A stretch of 64,000 bases of DNA from an uncultured Nitrosomonas sp. GTDB taxonomy: Bacteria > Pseudomonadota > Gammaproteobacteria > Burkholderiales > Nitrosomonadaceae. Position numbers and translations under genes: made by a program. Location: assembly GCF_902826915.1 (NCBI RefSeq), contig NZ_CADEGP010000001.1, positions 2,775 through 66,774 on the forward strand, given 5' to 3'. Below, piece after piece: positions 17,826 to 27,985 of the stretch (positions are counted from its first letter, which is position 1; each line of letters opens with the position of its first letter). The notes below the pieces were generated by a model. It saw nothing but the letters and a program-made list of their open reading frames with translations, searched no databases and was not told the origin of the DNA.

Positions 17826-20800
17826 ATGACCAACCCATCCGTTGACAATCAGATGCCGGATAATCGCCAACATCGGCTTAGATGGCTTACAGGTTCGATG
17901 TCTGTGATGCTAATTATTGTTTTGCTTGCGGGATATTGGCTTGTGAATAGCCAAGCCGGGCTGCAATGGACTTTTTCCATCATTCAGCGGCTGAGTTCCG
18001 GTGCAATCCATTTTGCCGATGTTCGAGGAACACTACATGACATGCGGATTGAGAATGCCCATTTTGCTGCCGATGAATTTGAGCTGGAAGTGCAAGATAT
18101 CCGTATCGTTTGGAGCCCAAGTGAATTATTTCACAAGCAGATAACGATTGATCAGTTGACAGTGGGGGCATTAAAAATTCGTCAATTGACTTCTGAAAAA
18201 GATACTTCGCCCAGTACATTACCCGAAAGTTTGGATCTTCCATTTGCGTTGTCGATTGGTGCATTGACGATCCATTCGATGTATCTAACCATGGCAGAAA
18301 ATGAAACCGCCGAACCCATCATAACCAATCTTACATTGGCATTGGAAAGTGATGGTCATACCCATCAACTGAAGCACCTCGATTTCCATACTCCGTGGGT
18401 TTCTGTCAACGCATTAGCAGAATTTAACGGTGATTCTCCGTTTGACTTGTCAGCGCAAATCGGCTTGTCGGGCGCTGATCCGTGGGGTGATACCCAGATG
18501 GTCATCGCAGGCAGCCTGGAACACATGAAAATTCAAGTCAATGGGGTACAACCGGAGATCACAAGAGATTTGCAGATGCATTTGCGTCCTTTTGCAGATA
18601 ATCCGGTGACACAACTGGATGCAAATATCGAACAGCTGAATCCTGCCAGTTTTATTCCTGCAGCACCCAATGCCAATCTTTCGCTATCCGTGCATTTTAC
18701 GCAAAATGATTCCGGGCAACTGGAGGGCAATGTGCGGATCAAGAATCATGCGGCGGATACATACAATGCTGGTGGCCTTCCTTTGACCATGTTCAGCACG
18801 CAAGCATCAATTACCTCAGAATCTTTGAGATTGCAGGATATTCACGCGCAAATCGATGATGACGGATTTCTTCGCGGCGATTTAATTTGGCGTTGGGAGG
18901 AACAATTCGTATCAGCCGATGTGTTCGTCGAACAGGTAAATCCACACCATATTGATAGCCGCCTGCAAGCGGCGCAGGTTTCTGGGAAAATTGGCTTGTC
19001 TGGTAATGCACAAAAACAATCTGCGCGTATTCATCTCAAGGATAAATCGGTAAATTTAGCAGCCGCTATCGCTCGGTCTGGCGAGAATGTCACGCTTGAA
19101 CAATTTAATCTGCAACGCAACAAATCTCGATTAACCGGACAAGGGAAGCTTACACTGGGTCATGAGCAATTGTTTGAACTGTCAGGTGAGCTGGCAAATT
19201 TTAATATTGCGGATTTTATCCAGATGGCAGATTCAGATCTGAATGCAACTCTTCAACTATCGGGGCAATTGTCATCACAAATCTCTGGTGCATTAAAATA
19301 CACGATCCAAAATAGCCGCTTAGCGAAATCTCCGGTAAGCGGTTCTGGTGAAATCGTATTTAACGGTTTTGATGCATTTGACGGTAAAGCAGAGCTAAAA
19401 GCAGGATCCAATCATTTACTGGTGCAGGGTGGTATTGGCAAGACGGGAGATATATTTCATCTAAATCTCACCGCGCCAGATTTGGCGCAACTGGGAGTCG
19501 GATTGGCGGGGGATTTACAAACAAGCGTGAATTTTAGCGGTAGCCTGGAAGCGCCTAATCTTGCTTTGAAGCTTGCCAGCAAGCATTTGCGTTTGCAGGA
19601 AAATCACAACATTGCGGGCGTTGCGGCCGATGCACGTTTACACGAGGATATAATCTCACTGAAAGTTTCGGTTGATCATTATGCGGTAGATGAAAAAACT
19701 GCCGTCAAACATCTGGCGATCGATACCCAGGGAAAAATTTCGGACCACATCCTATCGGTTAAAGCACAGATCAATGAGGATGTTACCTTCCGGCTAGCAG
19801 CAGCAGGTGGAGTGAATCCTAAAGTGCCTCGGCAATCGTTGCGCTGGGATGGTCAGCTTACTGATTTTTCGACTGCCGGTGAAATGCCGATACACTTGCT
19901 ATCACCTGCGACATTCTCAGGCAGTGCCCAATTGATTTCTTTAGATCAGGCTAGATTCTCCATATCGGGTGGATTTATCAACATTGATCAGTTGCACTGG
20001 ACACCGAAGAACTGGAAGACTCAGGGTGACTTTTCCGGTGTTACTTTACTTCCTGGTTCGCAGCAAGCTATCAATCAACCTCACTTGCAATTGGGTGGTC
20101 ACTGGAATTTTGTTTCTGCTGCACAATTAACTGGCAATTTAAAAATCTTTCGGGAGCAAGGTGACTGGTATTTTCCCGGCGAAGTGCCGCAGCCATTAGG
20201 TTTAGAAAAACTGCAGTTGGAGGCGACTGCTGCACAGGGAAAATTAATTAGTGCATTCGAATTCTTCAGCCAGTCTATCGGCTCCGCCACAGCTGATTTA
20301 ACAATACCGCTTCAACCATCCGATTCCAATTGGTCTATTTCCCGTGATTCAACACTGCACGGCAAGGTGGACGTGGATGTCAGTACCTTAAAGTGGCTTG
20401 ATGTCATGCTTGGCGATAGCATCAATACAGACGGGCAGATTGAGGTTCATGCCGATATTCAAGGTACGCTGAAGCAGCCAGATTTCAGTGGAACAGTATC
20501 CGCTAAAGAATTGAGCGTGGCATTACTGGATCAGGGAATCAATTTGCAGCAAGGTACGCTGGCGGCAAGATTTCAGCAGACGGATTTAAAGATTGATCGA
20601 CTCCATTTTATTGCACCTCATGAAGCTCCTCCAGACAAGCGCTTATTTGATGATTTCGACGTGGATAGCATGCTGGGATCGTTAACAATTGCCGGTAATA
20701 TTGGGCTCGTTGGTAATGAAAGTCAGATCAATTTTACAATCAATCAATTACCGTTGGGGCATAAAACAGAGTACTGGGTAGTCGCATCTGGTTCTGGAGA

Positions 20801-21662
20801 AACTAGGTTTCAGCACAACCGCTTGCGTGTGAAAGGAGATTTATGGGCCGATGCTGGATTGTTGCTGCAACCGCGGGAAAACCGCCCGGAATTATCAGAA
20901 GACATAGTTTTTGTGAACGCCCCGGAACAGGCTAAGCAAAACCTGTCGGTACTGTTAGACATGAACCTCAATTTAGGTGAGAAATTTCATATCCGAGTAG
21001 CCGGTCTGGAAGGACGCCTGACAGGCCAATTGAAAATGCAGAGTGATAAAAACAATAAGTTAAGGCTCAATGGCGCCATTGTGGCGCAAGATACCTCGTT
21101 CAAAGCTTACGGTCAGAATCTCTCGGTAAAACGTGGTATTGTTAGTTTTCAAGGTCCATTGGATGATCCGGGTTTGAATATTCTAGCGGTTCGGGAAGAT
21201 TTGGCAGTTGAAGCCGGAGTTGAAATTATGGGCTCAGTGCGTCATCCGCGCGTAAAATTGATATCGACTCCAGATGTTCCTGATACTGAGAAGCTTTCAT
21301 GGATCGTGCTGGGAAGAAAACCGGATGCAGGTGGTTTGGATACATCGGTCTTACTGGCAGCTGCCGAATCGGTATTAGGCGGTCAATCTGGGGGAGGCAT
21401 TACGGAAAAAATCAGTACTGCTTTGGGTGTTGATGAAATCTCGTTCAGACAGGCCGGTGTCGGCAGTTCATTGAGTGGACAAATTGGTGTGGTTGGGAAA
21501 CGCATTTCATCGCGTGCGTATCTGAGTTATGAACGAGGATTGACTGCAACTACAATGGGTATCACAAAATTAACCTACAATCTTATGCCTAAAGTGACTG
21601 TTGTCACCCAAGCAGGTGAGGACAGCGCAATTGATCTGTTTTATACGATCCAGTTTGATTGA
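17826..21662 (+). CDS. tamB: Translocation and assembly module protein TamB (DUF490)
   Basis: 1278 aa with an N-terminal membrane anchor, a long beta-rich repetitive body and a conserved C-terminal DUF490-like region. It is adjacent to tamA. Confidence 0.85.
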   Translation: MTNPSVDNQMPDNRQHRLRWLTGSMSVMLIIVLLAGYWLVNSQAGLQWTFSIIQRLSSGAIHFADVRGTLHDMRIENAHFAADEFELEVQDIRIVWSPSELFHKQITIDQLTVGALKIRQLTSEKDTSPSTLPESLDLPFALSIGALTIHSMYLTMAENETAEPIITNLTLALESDGHTHQLKHLDFHTPWVSVNALAEFNGDSPFDLSAQIGLSGADPWGDTQMVIAGSLEHMKIQVNGVQPEITRDLQMHLRPFADNPVTQLDANIEQLNPASFIPAAPNANLSLSVHFTQNDSGQLEGNVRIKNHAADTYNAGGLPLTMFSTQASITSESLRLQDIHAQIDDDGFLRGDLIWRWEEQFVSADVFVEQVNPHHIDSRLQAAQVSGKIGLSGNAQKQSARIHLKDKSVNLAAAIARSGENVTLEQFNLQRNKSRLTGQGKLTLGHEQLFELSGELANFNIADFIQMADSDLNATLQLSGQLSSQISGALKYTIQNSRLAKSPVSGSGEIVFNGFDAFDGKAELKAGSNHLLVQGGIGKTGDIFHLNLTAPDLAQLGVGLAGDLQTSVNFSGSLEAPNLALKLASKHLRLQENHNIAGVAADARLHEDIISLKVSVDHYAVDEKTAVKHLAIDTQGKISDHILSVKAQINEDVTFRLAAAGGVNPKVPRQSLRWDGQLTDFSTAGEMPIHLLSPATFSGSAQLISLDQARFSISGGFINIDQLHWTPKNWKTQGDFSGVTLLPGSQQAINQPHLQLGGHWNFVSAAQLTGNLKIFREQGDWYFPGEVPQPLGLEKLQLEATAAQGKLISAFEFFSQSIGSATADLTIPLQPSDSNWSISRDSTLHGKVDVDVSTLKWLDVMLGDSINTDGQIEVHADIQGTLKQPDFSGTVSAKELSVALLDQGINLQQGTLAARFQQTDLKIDRLHFIAPHEAPPDKRLFDDFDVDSMLGSLTIAGNIGLVGNESQINFTINQLPLGHKTEYWVVASGSGETRFQHNRLRVKGDLWADAGLLLQPRENRPELSEDIVFVNAPEQAKQNLSVLLDMNLNLGEKFHIRVAGLEGRLTGQLKMQSDKNNKLRLNGAIVAQDTSFKAYGQNLSVKRGIVSFQGPLDDPGLNILAVREDLAVEAGVEIMGSVRHPRVKLISTPDVPDTEKLSWIVLGRKPDAGGLDTSVLLAAAESVLGGQSGGGITEKISTALGVDEISFRQAGVGSSLSGQIGVVGKRISSRAYLSYERGLTATTMGITKLTYNLMPKVTVVTQAGEDSAIDLFYTIQFD

Positions 21663-21748
21663 GCTGGTTGCACGTTGCTAAGCTTTATGATTTTCGTCGC
21701 GCTCTTCAGGGTCGTTCCGGGCACAAAGTTATGGACATTGATTTTTTA

Positions 21749-22897
21749 TCATTCCCCTGGCTGCAAAGTGACGGCTACTTCGATGGTTTCATTTTTTCGC
21801 AATACCGTGATCTTGATAGTATCTCCGACCTTATAGTGATCAATACGGGCGAGTAATTTGTCGACTGAATCAATGGGTTTATCCTCGACGGCTACAATAA
21901 TGTCGTTCGCGATGATATTGCCTTCCGGCGTGATCGTTGCGCCCTGAAGCCCGGCAGTATCTGCTGCGGATCCGGGGCTGATGTTCAAGATGACAACACC
22001 GGTTAGTTTCAGATGCTGGGTCAGGCGGTCATTGAGTTTGCTGTCGACCGTAATGCCCATCGCCGGGCGGATATATTTGCCGCGACTGATGATTTGTGGA
22101 ACTACGCGGTTGACGGTGTCGACCGGTACAGCAAAGCCAATCCCAGCACTGGCGCCACTGGGGCTATAGATGGCGGTATTAATGCCAATCAGGCGACCTG
22201 CCGAGTCCAGCAGAGGTCCGCCGGAATTGCCCGGATTGATGGCAGCGTCAGTCTGAATCAGATTGTCGATAGTGCGGCCGTCACCGCCAGGGAGTGATCG
22301 GTCCAACGCCGAAACAATACCCGTAGTTAAGGTCCAATCCAGGCCGAAAGGATTACCGATTGCGAATACTTTTTGTCCAACTTTGAGGTCGTGGCTGGTA
22401 CCCAAGGGAACCGGGGTCGGTCTTTGGAAACCGATACCTATTCGCAAGACTGCGATATCATGCGCCGGACTTGCGCCTACCAGTGAGGCTTTGTAATCGC
22501 GCCCATCGGCCAGACGCACGGTAGCTTCGCTGGCACCCTTGATTACATGGAGATTAGTAATAATGTGGCCGTGATCATCCCAAATAAAACCTGAGCCAGT
22601 TCCGCTAGGGACCGAGAAGATATTGCGCGTCCAGGCATCCATTACACGTTGGCGGGTAGTGATAAATACCACTGATGCGCGTGAGTTTTCAAATAACTCG
22701 ATCGTGCTTTTCTCGTCTTCAGCCAGATTGCCGCGTGCTTGGACTACCCGTGGCTCAGCGCTTTGATGTTTGTTGTCAGCGGAAAAATAACCCGGCTGAA
22801 GCGCATCTGGAAAATAGTGGTACAGAAAGCTGTGAGAAAACAGTACCAGCAATACGATAATGAATGAGATCCAGATAAAGCGGGGCAGCGTGGGCAT
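21749..22897 (-). CDS. HtrA/DegS-like periplasmic serine protease (trypsin domain plus one PDZ)
   Basis: 382 aa with an N-terminal anchor. His/Asp/Ser triad context is present (TNLHV, HDIAVL, GNSGGPL), with a single C-terminal PDZ. Confidence 0.85.
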   Translation of the reverse strand: MPTLPRFIWISFIIVLLVLFSHSFLYHYFPDALQPGYFSADNKHQSAEPRVVQARGNLAEDEKSTIELFENSRASVVFITTRQRVMDAWTRNIFSVPSGTGSGFIWDDHGHIITNLHVIKGASEATVRLADGRDYKASLVGASPAHDIAVLRIGIGFQRPTPVPLGTSHDLKVGQKVFAIGNPFGLDWTLTTGIVSALDRSLPGGDGRTIDNLIQTDAAINPGNSGGPLLDSAGRLIGINTAIYSPSGASAGIGFAVPVDTVNRVVPQIISRGKYIRPAMGITVDSKLNDRLTQHLKLTGVVILNISPGSAADTAGLQGATITPEGNIIANDIIVAVEDKPIDSVDKLLARIDHYKVGDTIKITVLRKNETIEVAVTLQPGE

Positions 22898-22931
22898 GAA
22901 TGGTTGCTCCTGTAGTTTTTTAATGTTTGCG

Positions 22932-23363
22932 TCATTGGATTGTGGATTTTGCCCAGCGTATTATATCCTGTTCGCCCATTGCGCCGGATTGTCGGGCAAT
23001 TTCTCGACCGTCTTTGAACAGTGCCAGAGTTGGAATGCTGCGAATCTGGTAACGAGTAGCCAGAGTTTGTTCTTCTTCAGTATTTACTTTGGCTAGACGT
23101 ATTCCTGGTTCCAGCATAGCAGCCGCGTTCGCAAAAGCCGGGGCCATCATGCGGCATGGGCCGCACCACGGCGCCCAGAAATCGACCAGCACCAGGATAT
23201 CATTGTTGGAAATATGCCGGTCAAAGTGATCTTCTGTCAATTCAACTGGGAGTGCGGTGAACAATGCCTGATGACAGACACCGCATTTTGGCGCTGCAGT
23301 CAGACGGTCTGATGGTACGCGATTGGTCGCATGGCAGTGTGGACACACGATGTGTAACGACAT
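22932..23363 (-). CDS. trxC: Thioredoxin 2 (N-terminal zinc-finger thioredoxin)
   Basis: 143 aa with two N-terminal CxxC pairs (CPHC, CGVC) followed by the WCGPC active site. Confidence 0.85.
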   Translation of the reverse strand: MSLHIVCPHCHATNRVPSDRLTAAPKCGVCHQALFTALPVELTEDHFDRHISNNDILVLVDFWAPWCGPCRMMAPAFANAAAMLEPGIRLAKVNTEEEQTLATRYQIRSIPTLALFKDGREIARQSGAMGEQDIIRWAKSTIQ

Positions 23364-23404
23364 GAGTGGCTCTCCTCGCTAATTCGGTAATATAAAATTA
23401 ATTG

Positions 23405-23722
23405 CTAGCTTTCGTTAGGTCCAGATGCTTTCAGGCGGGTGCGCAGCAGTTCAACTTCTTCGATCAGATCGGCAACCAAGCCGGCCAATTCGGGATTGCA
23501 TTCAAAATCGCGTTCAATGGCAACAATCCTTTTAATGCGTACGAAGCTGCGACTATCAAATATCCACACATTCGGATCCGCTCCAATGAGGTTTTCATTT
23601 TGCAATAAGCCCCATTGAACGTGTTCAATGACCCATTCCCGGCTAACCCGACAGCTTCGTGCCAGTTCATCCAAACTGAGCCTAGCATCTTCGAGTAAAA
23701 TGGCATCGATTTCTTGTGACAT
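23405..23722 (-). CDS. cbpM: Chaperone modulatory protein CbpM (MerR-like)
   Basis: 105-aa ORF immediately downstream of cbpA. It has an HTH-like N-terminus and matches the conserved cbpA-cbpM pairing. Confidence 0.65.
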   Translation of the reverse strand: MSQEIDAILLEDARLSLDELARSCRVSREWVIEHVQWGLLQNENLIGADPNVWIFDSRSFVRIKRIVAIERDFECNPELAGLVADLIEEVELLRTRLKASGPNES

Positions 23723-23725
23723 AGT

Positions 23726-24688
23726 TTAGACTCCAAGATTCTGGCGCGGGTTGAACGCGAGTTCCTGCGCCATGGTTTGGTAAAATTCACGCGCTTTTTC
23801 TGTCGTAGCGGATGGCAGCACTACTTCCAACACTAAATATAAGTCACCAGGCGTTGTCGCGGGAATACCGCGACCTTTCAAACGCAGTTTGCGGCCTGTT
23901 TGAGAGTTTTCCGGTACTCGTACATCGACCAGACCATCGGGGACTGGTATCTTAACTGTAGCACCCAACGCAGCTTCCCATGGAGTGACGGGCAATGCGG
24001 CATAAATATCCTTGTTCTCGATCCGGTAACGTTGGTGTGGTTTAAAATGGACTTCCAAAAATAAATCCCCTGGGGATTCTCCAGCATGGCCGGGGCCGCC
24101 TTGTCCGGCGAGACGGATCACTTGTCCGGCATGCACTCCTTTGGGAATACGCACATTCAGAGTATGCTCCACGAGTATGGTGTGCCCCTGGTTGTTCAGT
24201 TTGGGCATGCGCAGTGTCAGACTGCGCGTTGTGCCGTGATAGCTGTCTTCCAGGTCGAGCATAATTTTGGCGTGATGATCTTCACCGCGCATTTGACGGG
24301 CATGCCGGGTACCCGCGCCCATTTGATTTTTAAATAGTTGTGAAAAGAAATCACTGAAATCGGCTGTCTGCGCATCACTAAACCCTTGTCCTGTGAATTC
24401 AAAACCCGCGTCCCAACCGGGGGGCGGTTGAAAGTCGTTGCCAGCCTGGAATCCTTGCCGTTCCAATTGATCGTAAGCAGCACGTTTCTCCGGATCAGAT
24501 AACACGGCATTAGCCTCATTTATTTCTTTCATTTTTTGCTCGGCATCTGTCTCTTTGGAAACATCGGGATGATATTTGCGCGCCAAACGACGGAATGCTT
24601 TTTTGATTTCATCAGCGGTTGCATCGCGCGAGATGTCAAGCGTTTTATAATAATCCTTGAATTCCAAGTTAGTTCTCCCCCGGTTCAA
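23726..24688 (-). CDS. cbpA: Curved DNA-binding protein CbpA (DnaJ homologue lacking the zinc finger)
   Basis: 320 aa with a J-domain carrying the HPD motif (KYHPDVS). The DnaJ C-terminal domains are present and there is no Cys-rich repeat. Confidence 0.85.
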   Translation of the reverse strand: MNRGRTNLEFKDYYKTLDISRDATADEIKKAFRRLARKYHPDVSKETDAEQKMKEINEANAVLSDPEKRAAYDQLERQGFQAGNDFQPPPGWDAGFEFTGQGFSDAQTADFSDFFSQLFKNQMGAGTRHARQMRGEDHHAKIMLDLEDSYHGTTRSLTLRMPKLNNQGHTILVEHTLNVRIPKGVHAGQVIRLAGQGGPGHAGESPGDLFLEVHFKPHQRYRIENKDIYAALPVTPWEAALGATVKIPVPDGLVDVRVPENSQTGRKLRLKGRGIPATTPGDLYLVLEVVLPSATTEKAREFYQTMAQELAFNPRQNLGV

Positions 24689-24917
24689 TGCGTTGTTACG
24701 TTATGAACATTATTGCTGCTTTGAGCTAAATAGTGAAGTTCTGGTTGCGAGAAAATCTATTGTATTGATTTTATTTCATGACGACATATAGCACGATTTA
24801 AAAGTCACATAACCAATATATTTGATCGCTCAATCCAATTGCATCAACCAAGAATTATATGGCAGGATCATTTCAGATTGATTATGTGCGTTCAATAATC
24901 AATTAAATTTTGACGGA

Positions 24918-24937
24918 TGCGGCAATTTGCCACATTC
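24918..24937 (+). repeat. Copy D of the 20-nt motif (TGCGGCAATTTGCCACATTC)
   Basis: Read directly. It lies 254 nt upstream of the 25191 CDS in the same orientation. Confidence 0.9.
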
Positions 24938-25190
24938 CATGAATCTTGCGTATTGTGCATAATCGATAGGTTTATTCAAAAAGTTTGTAGCTCAGCGATT
25001 TAAATTAAGATAATACGTTTTCTCAGATTAACTCTGTTTCCATTTTTATTCTAAGAATAATCGTGTTACCTAGATTCTGAAAAGAATTTGAAAGATGTCA
25101 CTCAGAATTGACAGTTATTGCTTTTAACAGCAGCAAAGAGCTAAGCAATGCAGCTTAACCGCAACATACAATAAAAGTGGAGTTGTTATT

Positions 25191-25625
25191 ATGAAGAAAC
25201 AGTCGTTAAAAAAAGCTGTCGTTCTCATCGGCATCGTCATGGCCATTTGCCAGGCAGGTGTTGTTTCGTCCCATCAATTGATTAATAGCCTTACCGCAGT
25301 TGATGCTGTCGATCATTTCCTGGTTACTTGTAGTGAAGCAGATAATCATCATCTGTATGCGCAGATCGATGATCTCAGGGTGGTTGATAATAGACAATTC
25401 AATTTGCTGGTTGCCAAAGACAAGGTGGCTTCCAGTGCCACTAATCCCGATGGAGAATCAAGCCCTGTCATTCGACTGGCAGGAGGTGTAGGTGTTTATC
25501 ATGTGTACGTCAGTCAAATCGTGGGTGGTGATAAAGCAGCTAATTATCAATTAATTTTTCATTGCGAAGATGTCGATAATGCGCATTTTGAAACATCGGT
25601 GCTAACTAAAATTGACCAACCATAG
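25191..25625 (+). CDS. Small secreted protein, divergent member of the family also found at 51125 and 52048; predicted mature N-terminus is His
   Basis: 144 aa with a GGAG RBS. The signal peptide ends VVSS/HQL. It aligns by eye with 51125/52048 over AVDxxxxTC, SPxxxxxxGxGVYxxxV, and HC-x6-H-x2-TSV. Confidence 0.75.
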   Translation: MKKQSLKKAVVLIGIVMAICQAGVVSSHQLINSLTAVDAVDHFLVTCSEADNHHLYAQIDDLRVVDNRQFNLLVAKDKVASSATNPDGESSPVIRLAGGVGVYHVYVSQIVGGDKAANYQLIFHCEDVDNAHFETSVLTKIDQP

Positions 25626-25636
25626 TATGTCTGAGT

Positions 25637-26830
25637 CTATTGATTGCTGTCGTCATCGGATTGCCTGATCGGAATTAAACGAAAGCCGGTATCCATACTG
25701 TTCCAGGATAGAAAAATTTGCTTGCCGTCAGTGATCAGTGCAGGATGAGCGGACTGAGTTGCTGTTTCGGCAACTACTTGCGGTTTTGACCAGTGCAATC
25801 CACCATCTGTAGAATACATAGCTTCCACGCGGGTCTGAGTGCCGTCAAACACCTTCCATGCAAGCGCTACCTGTTTGCCCAAAGCCAGCACATCGGCTCG
25901 ACCGGGTAGTTTATCTTGATCGCCCACTTGCATTGGATTGGAGAAGGTTTTTCCTTGATCATCGGACCATGCATAAAAAATTCCGCTACGTTTTTCTCCC
26001 TGAGTAAACCAAACCATGTGATACCGTCCATCAGCGCCGATCGACAAGGCAGGTCCGTGCGCAGGACAGCCTTCAATTTCCCAGTCATCGAATGTTACTC
26101 GCCACGGTTCGCTTGTTTTTCCGTCGGGTGATAGCTTAAGTAAACCATGATCGCGGATATTTCCGGGATAGACATAACGGGCCAGCATGACCAGACTGCC
26201 ATCGACATCCTCAGCCATGGCTGTACGGCAGCAGGAGCAGATGTTTTTCGCAATGCGTTGATCCGTAGGAAGGTTAATTATTCTGCCGGTTTTTGCAGAT
26301 ACATGGTAGATCGATAGATCTCCATCGCCCTGTTTTTTGTATTCGGCCCGATCACGCACATCGTGCCAAGTAAAATGCACGCGATTGTTCGTGTCTATTA
26401 GCATCTCCGCCTGATAGTGATACCAGGTATTGGCTTCAGAACTAATTTTGACCGGTGTGCTGAACTGGGTGCCGTTGTCGGAATGGCTGAAAAAACTGGT
26501 GCTGGATTGTTTATCATCGGCAAAGTAGAGCACATACACTCTTCCTGTTTGATCAACGGCTAAGGTGGGCGGATTTTCATCCCATGCATGTATCGGCATA
26601 CCTGCCGAGTTGACGCGAACCGGTTGACTGAAAGACTGGCCAAAATCGATTGAATAATCAACAGAAATGGATTTCTGGGCAGAAAGAATGCGCCAAAGCC
26701 GCCCATCTGGCCCAAATGTCGCTGCGGTATAGATTTTTTGTTCAGGCAGTAATTTTTCGGTTTCAGCAACCAGATTATGCGATAAAGCTAGTAATAATAG
26801 AGTGCTGCAGATCAAAGCAAAATGATTCAT
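25637..26830 (-). CDS. Secreted BNR/Asp-box repeat beta-propeller (sialidase-like fold) with CxCC and GCPxHGP motifs
   Basis: 397 aa with a signal peptide. There are four Asp-box-like motifs (SIDFGQSF, SDNGTQF, SDDQGKTF, STDGGLHW). Unusual motifs are C198-x-C200-C201 and G-C255-P-A-H258-G-P. Confidence 0.7.
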   Translation of the reverse strand: MNHFALICSTLLLLALSHNLVAETEKLLPEQKIYTAATFGPDGRLWRILSAQKSISVDYSIDFGQSFSQPVRVNSAGMPIHAWDENPPTLAVDQTGRVYVLYFADDKQSSTSFFSHSDNGTQFSTPVKISSEANTWYHYQAEMLIDTNNRVHFTWHDVRDRAEYKKQGDGDLSIYHVSAKTGRIINLPTDQRIAKNICSCCRTAMAEDVDGSLVMLARYVYPGNIRDHGLLKLSPDGKTSEPWRVTFDDWEIEGCPAHGPALSIGADGRYHMVWFTQGEKRSGIFYAWSDDQGKTFSNPMQVGDQDKLPGRADVLALGKQVALAWKVFDGTQTRVEAMYSTDGGLHWSKPQVVAETATQSAHPALITDGKQIFLSWNSMDTGFRLIPIRQSDDDSNQ

Positions 26831-26987
26831 GTGAGTATATTTTGTGTAGGCGCGATTCTGAGTTAACCTCTCCTATTTGCTTGGGACAAGTATAGTAAGG
26901 GAAGTGCATCAAATTAAAGAGAGTGAGGGGGATTCCTGTTTCAATTTACACTACCTTAATAGAAAGAAACTCCGAACAGAAGCAGGT

Positions 26988-27482
26988 CTAATTGATAATT
27001 GTCTTGAGCATGGCTTCGAGCGTTTCGCGTGATACAGAACCACTGATGCCGACACGCTGGTGATCTTTGTCGAGAAAATAGGTGCGAGGGACTTCACCAT
27101 ACCATTTAGGATCAATTTCATAACGAAGTTTTTGGGAGTTGGCGTCAGCAAAGATCCAGTTATCTGCATTATTCAGTTCATTTCCAGTCAGTATAGACAG
27201 CGCTTGATTAGAAGCTGAAGCATCATCAGTTGCTAGCATGATCAGGTTAATATCCGGCATATTTTTGCGAAGCTCACTAAGTAATGGCATCTTTTTTTTG
27301 CACGAAGTGCAGTTGATAGACCAAATCATCAATACGAATGGCTTGTCGGCATATTCATTCAGTAATTGTTGATAGCTGCCAGAAGTAAAATGCTTCAAAT
27401 TAACTTGCTCAGCGCGAGCGGGGAAGGCAATGCTGCACGACAAGAATAGTAAGTAAGTAATTAGAATTTTAGGTGATTTCAT
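26988..27482 (-). CDS. Periplasmic TlpA/ResA-like thiol:disulfide oxidoreductase
   Basis: 164 aa with a signal peptide (SIAFPARA/EQ) and a thioredoxin-fold active site (WSINCTSC). Confidence 0.75.
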   Translation of the reverse strand: MKSPKILITYLLFLSCSIAFPARAEQVNLKHFTSGSYQQLLNEYADKPFVLMIWSINCTSCKKKMPLLSELRKNMPDINLIMLATDDASASNQALSILTGNELNNADNWIFADANSQKLRYEIDPKWYGEVPRTYFLDKDHQRVGISGSVSRETLEAMLKTIIN

Positions 27483-27652
27483 GATGATGCCTCTTAATGT
27501 TTGCGATATCGGGATCCCTAAGTATCAAAATTTCAGTGTGAAATTGTGTAAAACCAGATTGCTTGATCAGTGTTATTGTTTTCTGCGAATAGGGTATGAA
27601 AAACTATCCGTCAATTCTTTTATGATTATCTACAAAATTTGATTGTTTGAAC

Positions 27653-27670
27653 ATGCGACTAATTGTCGCA
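27653..27670 (-). repeat. Copy F of the 20-nt motif (minus-strand reading TGCGACAATTAGTCGCATG)
   Basis: Read directly. It lies 171 nt upstream of the minus-strand TlpA-like gene start (27482) in matching orientation. Confidence 0.85.
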
Positions 27671-27836
27671 GCTTCTTTTGTTCGAAAACTGTCAGCGATT
27701 ACTTAAGAGTAATGTAGTTGAAAGGGTGGGGTGGGTTGATTTCATTTCATTCTGTAAACGAGACAATGAAATTTGATTCGCATAAGTTGTTGAAACAGAC
27801 ATCATCCCCAGAATCTAGATACTATTTCTGAGGGGA

Positions 27837-27972
27837 GGCCGCTTAAAAACTATCTGTACCGCCACTGCGGTGTTAAAAACAGGCTTAAAATGCTCATTTA
27901 TTATGCATAAATTGCGCTTTTTCACCTGTTTTTGCCTTGCATCAGCTGCTTCGAAAATGTTTCTTAACGGCC
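27837..27972. repeat. MITE-like element (~136 bp) with imperfect terminal inverted repeats and a nested internal 9-bp stem
   Basis: The left end is GGCCGCTTAAAAAC. The reverse complement of the right end is GGCCGTTAAGAAAC. Internally, AAAAACAGG pairs with CCTGTTTTT. Related fragments lie at 5830, 27592 and about 27786. Confidence 0.45.
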
Positions 27973-27985
27973 ATATGCCGCAATT

